Origin: Klebsormidium nitens | Lineage: Eukaryota > Plantae > Klebsormidiophyceae | Direction of reading: 5' to 3' | DNA: 64,000 nucleotides | Assembly (NCBI GenBank): GCA_000708835.1 | Contig: DF237294.1 | Location: 36,362-100,361, forward strand | Translations under genes and position numbers: made by a program | In this document: one piece after another, positions 39,379 to 50,456 of the stretch | Position numbering within the stretch: position 1 is the first letter of the stretch | Layout: each line of letters opens with the position of its first letter | The notes under the pieces: generated by a model | Told to the model about the DNA's origin: nothing | The model's input: the letters and a program-made list of their open reading frames with translations, nothing else | Databases searched by the model: none

Positions 39379-42300
39379 TCAGAAGCTGGTGACGACGCCC
39401 AGGCCACTCGTGTTGCCCGGCCGCGAGAAGATGATCTACAGGAGTAGGCACAAGGTCAGAGAGCAAAGTCCGAGCGGCAGAGGCAGAGAAGTAGGGGGGC
39501 CCGGCGCGCATAGGCCGGGGCCGCTGCCCTCGCCCCGCAAAAATGGGGAGCAGCACAGCACTCAGAGCACACGTGTGAAGCGGAGCAGCTAGGCATTGAA
39601 CCGCAGCTTCCTTGCTGGAGCGGCGAGCTGCTTTGGGCTGGCTGGCCCGTGGCGTACCTGGAGGTCGCCGATGGTCCGGGTCTGGAAGCCGGCTGCGCAG
39701 TATGCAAAGTAGTAGTCCCACGTGCGGACGAACTTGGGGCCGAACCCCATCGCCTCGATCTCGCTGCAGCAAACAGGACGGATGCCGTTACAACCGCGGT
39801 GATAGGCGGAGGCGGCCAAGCGGAGGGGCACGGCCTGGCCTGGGCGGGCAACTCGAGGCACCCACCCCAGAACGAGGACGCGCTGCGCAAACGATTGATG
39901 ACCTGGCGAGGCCCCAGCAGTGGCAAGAACGCCCGAGGCGATGCACAGCCACGTGATCACTTCATCAGCCTCAAGCCCTTGCGCGCACCTCTGCTTTTCG
40001 TGGAAGGTGTCCCTCCAGCGCAGCAGCGTCGGCACGTAGTGCACCCCGATGTTCTCCACGCCCTCCACACTGCAAGCACACCACACACGCCCACCACATC
40101 ACCGCCCCTCCGTAGCACCGTTACCCGCAGTTTTTCACGAGCAGCGGCTGGGCCACCGACAAAAGCGGGCCTCGCACGGGCAGCTCTAAAGCGGCAGCCA
40201 AAGTATCACGGGTGCTCGTTGAGGGCACCCAAGAAGCTCCGGCCTCTTCGGAGTTTCAGCTTTCAAAGGGATCAGAAGTCGGGGACTTGTCCCATCGGCC
40301 CCGCGGCAGCTCACCAGAGGTTGGAGTGGGTGGTCATGGCCTGCATCAGTGCTGTGAGGGAGGGGCAGCAGGCGCCGGGGAAGATGTACTCCTTGATGAA
40401 GTCGGAGCTGCAGCGGTACTCCTCATACCGCTCCTCCGGCGTCGTGATCACCTGGCACAAGTGGGAGTGCAGTCAGACGGAAAAGAGCCGCAGACGTGGC
40501 CAGGACAAAGAGTGGACGAGAATGGAAGAAAACAGCACGGACCGAAGCGCTTGTGATACAAAGTCTGCCCTTTCTTCAGTTCAAACCTCTGGCGCATCTG
40601 ATGTCAGGGAGGACCGTTACACCCTGGGTCTTCCGGAACTTTCAACTGGATCCGACGGGCCCCAGCAAGAGCAAGTTTCTTGTCCGTTCCATAGTACCAG
40701 CATCCTTTCTACTTCCATTCTTCTGCGCTCCTGGACCTGAACCAAAAAGCAAACAATAGATCCTCCTATAACCAATCCGGGTCACGTCCACTTATCGAGC
40801 CCTCCGTATTGATTGCTTCTGTGCTGAACATTGATTTCGGCTCCCTGTTTGGTGTCCGAGCCATCGGGCAGGCGCCCTCTCCTGCACACAGGGCCACCGC
40901 GGGCAGTGGTGGGGCTTGGCGGGCTTACCTGCACGACCATGATGCCGTCGGGCGCGAGCAGGCGGTCGCAGTGGTGGAAGAAGTCGGGGTAGAACTCGTG
41001 GCCCACCGCCTCCAGCATCTCACTGCACACCACACAAGGGCGGACGTCAGCGCCACGTGCCAGCACGCCCGCAGATCAGGGAGCTCGTCCGTGCCACAAG
41101 ATGTCTTCAAAAGAGGGGCAAGCATGGCGCATTCGGCAAGGCGGAAGCGACTTGACGTCGTCGATGACGAACTCTGATACAGCACTCGGCTCATCCGCCA
41201 AGCAAGACAGTCGACCTCGTCGTACTGTGCTCTGCTGCTGCTGACGCTGCTCAAGCAGTGCGCGCCGGGGCTGCTGCTCACCAGGAGACGATGCGGTCGA
41301 AGGTGCCGATGCCGGGCAGCGCGCGGTAGTCGCAGAGCATGAACGAGATCTTGGCCTGCAGCCCCGCGGCCTTGACGCGCGCAGTGGCCAGCTGCAGCTG
41401 CTGCTCGCTCAGCGTGATGCCCGTCACGTGGCACCCCGTGCGGCGCACCAGCTCCATCGACATGCTGCCCCACCCGAACCCGATCTCCAACACGTGGTGC
41501 GACGACGTGATGCGCGCCTGCACCGGACCAGTGAAGCAACGTTAACTGCCGCACCGTTGATAGTCGTCCGAGGCCAATCTTAGCGTGTCGAACACACACC
41601 ATGTAAAAAGCAACAATGTAACTTTGTCGACACGACATCGAAGTCGGTGCCTTCGGTCTGCGGTCTGACCCTCCTGCACACACGCATTATTGCAATCCCA
41701 TCAAAGCGGCTGCTTACACTCACGCAAAGTCACAATCCGAGCTGCCACGCTACTCAGAAGCTAGGAAGTAGGATGCCAGTGCTGCTTGAGAAGGGCTTAG
41801 CCGTGCTGCGTGGCCCGGCAGGGTGGCCCACCTTGTCGATCATTGCGTGCAGCTTGCGCAGCTGGGCGTCCTTGAGCGGCTCGTGCGGGGACGCGAAGAT
41901 GGCGCACGAGTACGTCATCGTCTCGTCCAAGAACAGCGAGAAGAGCGCGTTGCTCTGCAGCCAAGCGGGCCGGTGCTTAGGGGAACATGCGACGAAGTCA
42001 ACGCGGCCAACAGAAGCCGGAACTTGGAAAGCGGATGTCACCAACGGCTCAAAAGTGCGATAGGATTCAAAGACGCTTGCTGAAGCAGCAGCGTTTACGC
42101 AACGCCTTTCTGCTCATCCGCGGTTCCCGACTTGCCGAGGCCCAGCCTACTCGGGCAGGGTCAACCACGCCCGCGGCTCACCAGGTCGTAGTGGTCTGCA
42201 ATGTTGCGGCGCGCGTTGGAGAGCGTGTTCTTGCGGGTCAGGTGGCGCACGTACGACGCCCCGGACCCCACCGCCGCCGTCAGCAGCGCGGGGCTCCACC

Positions 42301-45300
42301 ACCCCCTGCACCGCCGCACTGAGAGTGCTCAGCCGCACAATGCAGACGACAAGAGCTGCTCGATTGGCCGCAAGATTGTCTTTGCTTGTGCAGGCACAAG
42401 CTACAAGGCGGGGCCCAGACACGAAAGATGAGAGGCGGCGATGCTGAAGCGGGAGGCTCCTTCGAAACAATGAAAATAGCAGACGGCATCGTTTCAGTGA
42501 GATCTGGCTGTAATGAGTTGCTGGGCGCCTCACCTCTTCTTGGCGCGCACCTGGCCGGGGCGGCGCGTGCGGTCGCGGTTGACAACGAGCAGCATGAGGA
42601 AGTCCATGACGTCCGGGAGGCACGTGAAGTCGCCGTCCACGTACGCGTCCGCAATGCCCAGGTCCGCGCGCGTGGCCACTTTCCAGTAAAAGGCCGGCGC
42701 GTGGATGCGCAGACCAACCACAAAGTGGCGGCCATCGCGCGCCTGCTTTGCGCTGATGTCTCCCGCTGCCTGCCCGAAGCTGTACACGGAGCCGCCGTCC
42801 TCGAACAGCCTGCGGGGCACACAAAGGGACGCCGCCTCAACAAGCCGTGCACGCAAGGTGAGACATTTTCGTGCAGACTTTTACAAGCAAAACTCTCGGC
42901 AGCACCACGAGGAGGCCGCAGAACAGACATATATAGAGCTCCTGCTTACTGTTGCACTTCTCATCGAGTTGCAAGACGTTCAGCCCGTCTGAAGAAGCCC
43001 TCAAGACGACCGATCAGTGAAAACCCAGTCGCCAGCCGCGCCGCGTGCCTCACCGCAGCGCTCCCAGGTGCACGAACTGGCGGAGGAAGGCCAGCACGGC
43101 GGCCTTGGCCACGGACTCGGCCCAGGAGGGCGCCATCTGGCGCGGGTACGGCAGCGGGGCGAACGGGACGCCCAGCAGGCTCTTGGCAGCGACCAGGCCC
43201 GACTTGAAGCCGTCCTCGTGGAAGCCGTACCCCTGCACGCAAGCACGCAGCGCTCGTGGGAGATGGAGCAATGAAAGGACGTCCTTCATGTCCTTTCTCA
43301 GGCACATCCCGCCTTTATCGCATACTTTGCTCGCTGAGGGGGCCAGTTCAGAAAGTCGCATTAGAGCAGCTTCCAAGCAAGGGTCACATGGCTGCAGCAG
43401 ACTCTTTCAACCATCCGTCTCTTTTGCGGCTCCTGGCTGCCGCTGGCCTCACCTGGTAGGCCCCGCAGAACCAGATGCGGTCCTGACCCTGGACGGAGGG
43501 TAGAGCCCGGGAAGCGGCTGCCGCGGCAGGGCTGGGGACGGGGTGGCTGGTGGTCCACTGAGAGACGATGTGGGCCGGGGGGGTCTGCGGGTTGAGGGTC
43601 ACCAAGATGGGGGCGCCCGTGTCGCCCAGGTTCTGCGCGAGTCGATGCTCAGCGAGTGTTAGCGTGTCCACAGCATGCTTGCAGGTGTTGGCTCAAGTCA
43701 AATCCCAGAAACGCCAGCACAGTGGTAGCATCAGCTCTTAACAATGATGCCACTGTGCACAGGAACGTGAGCAGAGTCACGGAATTTGAAGAGATTAGGT
43801 GTACGGGGCGAGGTTCCGGGTTTGCAGGGGCTCAGGTATGGCCAGTATTCTTTGGTATGTGCCGCAGGGCTGACCTGCAGCTTGTTGAGCCAGTAGGTGA
43901 CAGAGACTTTCCCGGCGGGGCTGCCCAGGAAGTTCCAGGCACTCCAGGCGGCGGGGTTGCGGGGCATGTACGCAGGGTCGCGGTGCAAATAGATGTCACT
44001 GCGCGCACAGCAACAGAATGTCACGACCCAGGAACAAGCATGAGCAGCCCTATGAGGCGCGTTAAACCTGTGCCAGATCTGGATTTCAGAAAGCTTTGGG
44101 GGTGGTCATAGCTTGAGCCACAGAGACCTGCCGACAGAGATGGCCTGAAGTTGCGCCCACCTCTGGCTGTACGTGTGTGCCCCCAGGATGTGCTGCTCCG
44201 CCGAACTGGCGGACTTGCCCAGCAGCGTGAGAGCGTCCGGTGCGTGCACCGCCATCACCACGCGGTCAAATGTCGCGGTTGCGCCGGCCGCATCAGTGAT
44301 CACCACTCCTGCAGGGAAGCACCCACCACTTACATGAAACTCACTTCTGTACTTGAGGAAGGTTTCTGGAAGTGGGGCCTGAATACCCCTGGACATGCGG
44401 GTATGTGGATCTGGACCTCACGAAGATCGGAAGGGCGGGATTGTCTACTCAAGTTCTGGTGTCGGTCAGCAGGTCTGATTGTCACACCATTCGTACATGG
44501 CAGGACGCCATGCTGGCCAACCGCCTCTCCAGCCCTGCTTACCTGATGTAGTGCGCTCCACGCTTGTGACGGGCGTGCTTAACCTGATCTCCGACCCCGC
44601 AGCCTGTAGCTTGGCCACAATCTTGGCCACATAGGTCTGGGAGCGGTTGGTGACCGTCAGCCAGGGAGGGCGCCCAAAGATCTGGGAGAGGAAGGAGGCA
44701 TGCCTGTCAGGGAGCATCAATGGTCAGAGCTGTCTGAACTGCAGGCCACTGTGTTGAGAAGCAGACGGGATGACGAGAGAGCCTGCCGTGTCCACAAGAG
44801 TGTGCCCGGCCCGCTTGCCTGCAGCATGTGGTGGTTGCGCAGGAAGCTGAGGATGGCGCTCGCGGAGCAGCCCAGCACGCCCTCCGCGCCGCACGACCAA
44901 ATGGCCGCGCACACGGGCACCAGATAGCAGTCGCGGAACTTGGCGGAGTAGCGCCGCGCGGCCAGGAAGGCGCCCAGCGTCTCATTGGGGTCCAGCGCGG
45001 GGTCGGCGGCCTCGAGGCGGGCGAGGTAGGCCAGGACGTCGGTGTGGAAGAGCAGCATCTCGCGCAGCATGAGGATGAAGTGCGGGTTGGCCAGGTTGCG
45101 CTTCTGCGCAAAGAGGCCCGCCAGCCCGGTGCTGGCCCACTCGCAGCCCTTGCCGCCGTCCAGGCTCACCGCAAACGACATGTCCGACACCTCCGTCTCC
45201 ACCCCAGCCTCCTCGAACCAGCGCACCAGGTTCGGATACGTCACGCTGCACAAGACAAACAGGGCGCGCATCACCCAGTCTGCACCTTGAGCAGAACCAC

Positions 45301-45689
45301 CGGCGTCTGGCCAAGCCCGCATCAGCTGCTGCAGCCCGTGCTTCCATCAACAGGGCAGCCACTGTGCTGCAAGCCCAAGGTGGTGGTACTTCGACCCGTG
45401 GGCAAACAGAATGCAGTAGCCCGATCACAGTCTGGCTCCGGCTTGCCCCAGATCGCGATGGTGCTTGGACTCTGGCTACCCCACGGCAATGAGGTGGCAC
45501 TCACCGGTTGAACACCATGAAGCCCACATCGACGGCGTGGCCATCCACCGTCTGCGTCCAGGCGTGCCCCCCGACATGGGAGTCCTTCTCATAGAGAACC
45601 ACTCTGTGCCCCGCATCCACCAGAGCCCACGCTGCGGCCAGGCCCGCCACCCCACTGCCAACCACCGCGATCCGCTGCTGGGCTGACAT
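39379..45689 (-). CDS. Two-domain cyclopropane-fatty-acyl-phospholipid synthase: N-terminal FAD-dependent oxidoreductase (amine-oxidase-like) fused to C-terminal Cfa-type SAM methyltransferase
   Basis: About 15 exons join in phase with no internal stop. N-domain: [62 protein letters not shown]-domain: [78 protein letters not shown]. Stop at 39379-39381. Confidence 0.93.
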
Positions 45690-46832
45690 TATGCTTATGC
45701 GTAATGGGACCGAGATCAGCAAGCTCTACTAACAGAGTGGCATCACACAGGCGCAATGTGACTGCCACCGAATGAGCGCCCACCACCACTGCAAGATCGG
45801 CTCGGCTCAGGGCACGCCGATGAACAGGATCGACCCCGCTTGGACTTGAACAGTAGTGCTGATCACAGTATCAGACCGGGACGCACATGAAAGCAGACTG
45901 ATACCTTCTCTCAAGGCAATGCAGCACAATGGAGTGATGTGCAGACAGTTCTGGCTATGGTGCGTCACCAGGTTCAATTTTCAAAGCCCTGCACAACACT
46001 TTAAACTGTGAACAGTGAACTGTGTAACTTGTCAGTGTTTATGTCAATGATGAGATCCAAGCCAGAGATCCTTTCCAAGCGGAACTGCCACCCAAACAAT
46101 TGGAGGCAAACAATCATTGGATTCGTCGTGGATCACGTGGTCAATCGACGGTCATCGACGGAGCGCAGAGATTCATCAGTTGATGCATCATGAGTATTTG
46201 ATGACGTTTTCTCGCAGATACGTGACGTTGCCCGCCGCTTCTGCGATGGTGCTGAAGGGGATATTTGGCAGGGGGGGAGGCGTGACGAAGCAATGGCGGC
46301 GCCCGCCACATGATGAGAGGTACCGTAGTTGGTACCGTATTGCGTGCCTCAAGGGAGGCAGGCAGCTTCTGAATCTGAGCTACCTAAATTGATTGGCCCG
46401 CCAACAACAGCACCTCCCTCTTCAAGTTCAAGCTGAAATGGGCAATGGGTCTCTGAGAATTCTGATGGGCAGAATGGAAGCCGTGACGTTGATCTGAGTC
46501 TCTCCTTCTGTACAGGCAAAGGCAGACGGACCAGGGTACAGCAGGATAAAACTTGCAAGTGCGGCATCAGACCTTGAAGGAATGGCCAGCTTCTTGTTTG
46601 CCAGCTCCTAATCAAGCAGCTTATGAGCAGATCTGTGCAAAGCTTGTATTAAACCAGGGCACAGTCCAGTGCCTTTCCAGATTCTGCGGCGTCCTCCTCT
46701 ATACAGGCCTGCGGGGCCGGTATTTTCGAGGATCTCCTTCTGGTCACACCCCTTGACCCCAATGCCGTTGTGAAAGCGCTGGAGCAGGTGCCTGCTGCAG
46801 CAGGGGATGCGTCCCGTGCGCTGGCCTCAGCA

Positions 46833-49800
46833 ATGGCAACAGTCCGGCAAACGGCGCTGCATACTGTTGCGCCCCCGGATGCGGAGAGCAAGCTGCTTGG
46901 CGGCGAGGCGGGGACAATGCACGAGGGATCATGGCAGGAGGGGGCAGCTCCAGCTGGGTCAAAGAGTGCTTGGGTTGAATCAGGGCGGGAGAGGGCTGCC
47001 TGCGACTGCTGTGCGAACAGCCTTCCTGCCGCAGTGGCAGACAGGCGGCCGGGGGGGAGCCATCCTGCCGAATCTCCTTCAATAGAAGGCGGGATGGCTC
47101 CAAGCAGCACAGAACCTGCTGCAATACGGATCAAGCCGGCCAATGGCTGGGATCAGATTGTGAGCCGCCGAGCGGTGCCCTGCGATTCCGCTAAGGATCA
47201 GCGGTGGACATTTGGCGATGGGACGGTGTCGTTGTGGGAGCTGGTGGCGGGGGTCAACTTCCAGGTGTATGCGGGCATCCACGTGTGGGCGCTGGTGGCG
47301 GTGCTCCAGTGGCGCAGCTGGCGCCTCGTGGGCCTGTGCGCCGCGGTGTACGTCCTCAAGATGTTTGGCATCACCGGCGGCTTCCACCGCCTGCTCTCGC
47401 ACAGGTCAGCACGATCCAGCCGTCTGGAATACCGGAAGGTGCACTAGCTCCAAGGCTGCCTGTGTGACTGCTCCTATTCCACAAGGTGACACCTTTACCA
47501 GTGTATAGGTCTGCTGACCGCCTGATTTGAGGACATGTGCAGATCAGCATCAGGCTCAGGCCCGCAGAGTCCTGAGCGCGCAACTTTGGAACTTACTTGG
47601 TGCTAGAGGTCCGCAGCCAGTAGCCCATGCCGCAGGGCCCCATTCTGGAGTTTTCAACACAGCCACCCTTTGTGTCTTACTTGGGGCGCTGGTGAACAAA
47701 GCTGGGGAACAATCCAGAGTCTCCCATTCACGCCAGTTATGGGCCTGCTCGATGACAGTTCTAGAAGCTGTCTTTGCAATGAGCTCTTGGCAATCGATGC
47801 ACTTTCTTCAGCTAAGTCCGTGCGATCATAACCCAGAATCTGTCACTTCATAGGTGTATTGTGCGGGCAGCCTATACTTCTGCCAGCCGTGAGGTTGAAT
47901 CCAAACTCCACAAAGATTCATGCCTGCTGCAACTGCCCAAGCGCCGGCCCTCAGAGTCTTACTGGGCCTGACTGCCGTACTGGTGGGTGTGTCTCCGTTG
48001 CAGGTCCTACAAGACCTCGCGCACTTTCCAGTTTGCGATGGCCTGGCTAGGGTGCTGTGCATTCCAGAAGGGCCCCCTCTGGTGGTGCTCCCACCACCGC
48101 CACCATCACAGGTAAGCCCCATCTCCCCGCCGCTGCACTGCCAAGCAAACTGAGCTGGTGCGTATGCACCCCACCATCGCACTTGCTTGGGGCAGGCAAT
48201 TGGCGCAGATGCGGCAGCGTCAACGGCTGAGGCTGCAGCATGTCACTTATCACGACTTGCAAATGAGCCGCAAGGTGCCCTCATTGAGCAAACCAGTCGC
48301 GCAGTGGGCCGATGCGAGAAGTTGTTTGGGTAAGAGTGCTCTTGAATGGCGCCCATGCTTAGCCTATTTTTGTGCAGGACTGCGGACACTCCGGCTGACG
48401 CTCACAGCCCCGTCCAGTTCGGCTTCTGGTGGTCCCACGTCGGCTGGTGAGCAGCCCATGACTGTGCCCTCCTCCGCAGCATATGGCCCTGACTACCGGC
48501 CACAGCCATGTGTGGATGGCCAAATAGACGTCTCAAGGCCACCATTTTGGCCTCCAAGGTGGCAATTGTCAGTCTGGCATGTCTGGCCTGGGTTTGAACC
48601 CGGTCCAGAGCTGAAGAGCAGGACGTCTGGTGGTAGTACTGTGAGCGAGCGACTCAAGCTATCCCCAGTTGGCGTCTCCCCCTCTGCAGGTTGCGGCTGC
48701 CCTGACCTGGCCCTTTCCCTTGGCCCGCAGGTTCCTGTGCAGCACTGCCAGCATGGACGCACGCCTGGAAGCTGTGCCCGACCTGGTGCGCCGCGCGGAG
48801 CTGCGCTGGCTGGACAAGTGAGGCCCCACCCGCAGCGCTTGCGGGGAACAGAATGGCTGCTGGGGGCAGCGCAACTGAGGAAGGCAGCACATGACAGCGT
48901 TCACTTGCCAGCGTTAAACTCGGGTCATAGTGCCTACTTCCACCGTCCTTGTGTCCCTATGAAGCACGATTGTCCCACTTTGGTTGCTTTGGACCGGCGG
49001 CCTTCCGACTTTGGCATGTCCCCGAGAGAACAACCTGCCATGAGCGAATGAAAGCCGGCACGAGTTGCTCCTAGCTCTTCTCCCTGCGTTGCTCCACTCT
49101 CCCCGCCCGTCCTGTGCATCACGCACGTTTTGCCCGGCAGGTACCACTACATCCCCCCCTTCCTGCTGGCGGTGGCTCTGTATGCGGCCGGCGGGTGGCC
49201 GTACGTGGGCTGGGGCTTCATGCTGAGCAACGTCCTGTGCTGGCACGCCACGTAAGCAAGCCGCACTCGCTGGTGGGGCCTGACCCTCAAACGAGGAAAA
49301 TCTGCTTGTGTGCATCAGGCACAGAGCTGCCCCTCTTCAGTGCATATCGTCGCAGGATTCGGTGACGGGCTGCTCTTGGCAGGAGCGAGCACTGCGCCTA
49401 TGGACACCTCTGTCCGTAGGTGCAGCTGCGGGTGTGGATTCTTTCTGGCGTGCCTCCAATGCGTGCACCAGAGGCCGCTTCGGCAGACCGTAATGAGGAA
49501 GACGATCCCTGCCGAATAATTCCTAGCCTGCGCCCGAAAACGTGCTGAGTGAAGCCGCACTGGCCGCATGGCAATCCGGATGCCCGGGAGGTTCGTCATT
49601 GCCGTAGGGACTGACACATTGAGTGTCGGTGTCAAACAGAGCGCCGAACAGTGGTCAGGCGGGCATGGCCTCCTGGTGTGGCGCGGCGTGATCATGACGC
49701 GCGTGCCTGGTGCAGGTACTGCATCAACAGCCTGGCGCACCTGGTGGGCCGGCGGCGGTACTCGTGCGAGTTCCAGACGCACTGCGACGCGCGCAACAAC

Positions 49801-50456
49801 GCGTGGCTGGCGCTGGCCACCCTGGGGGAGGGCTGGCACAACAACCACCACTGCTACATGCGCTCCGCCAAGCACGGCTTCTACCCTCACGAGATCGACG
49901 TCACGTACGCACTTCTGCGCGGCCTCGCCGCGCTGCGCCTCGTGTGGGACCTCGAGCTGCCGCCCATGCACCAAGTGAGCGCGCGCGCACCCCAATGTGC
50001 TCGTGCGGTGGTCGGACCGAATCCCAAACCGCAGGAAGTGGGCAACGCTGGTAGTGTCTGCGTGAGCCATTGGGACACCCCTTCTCTTGCTCCGTTTGTA
50101 GATCGTCCTCGACCTTAGTGAGCGACAATGCCAAGCAGGCAAACTCATCCTTGTGCAGGGCGCAACTTAAACGCCTGTGGGAAGGCGAGTCGCAAGATCG
50201 GGGCGCTGTGGAGTGAGAGATGTTCAGTCGTGCAAGAAAGTGTTCGTGCTCCGGCAACATCACTGAAACTTGTGGGGAGGCCGTTGAATACCCTGGTCAC
50301 ATTTGGGTATTAGTTGACAGGGTAGTTGGGGCGCAGAACCGTGTTGATTGGCTCCGTTTTGTGGTGCAGCTGGAGGCGCGGCGGCTGGGGCGGGACCTGT
50401 ACGAGTGCCGCTGCGACCAGGTCGGGGAGGACCTCCGACAGGTCGAGCAGGAGTGA
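46833..50456 (+). CDS. Membrane-bound Delta-9-type (acyl-CoA/acyl-lipid) fatty acid desaturase-like protein; start uncertain (open frame extends to a splice acceptor at 46681)
   Basis: Exons ..47404, 48004-48111, 48378-48446, 48731-48817, 49141-49251, 49716-49974 and 50370-50456. Three His boxes HRLLSH, HRHHH and HNNHH; also HSP...GFWWSHVGW, INSLAH and GEGWHNNHH. Confidence 0.92.

Noticed and set aside
41278-41523. Apparent TGA read-through or selenocysteine where ORFs end in W* or R* (e.g. IVSW*, FNR*, GGW*)
   Set aside because: Each TGA is part of a GTGAG splice donor, and the reading frame continues in the next exon.
46134-46139. G-box CACGTG as regulator of the divergent pair
   Set aside because: A single hexamer is expected by chance; no supporting data.
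46047-46260. C/D snoRNA (ATGATGA C box) in the Cfa/desaturase interval
   Set aside because: No CTGA D box at a suitable distance and no terminal stem.
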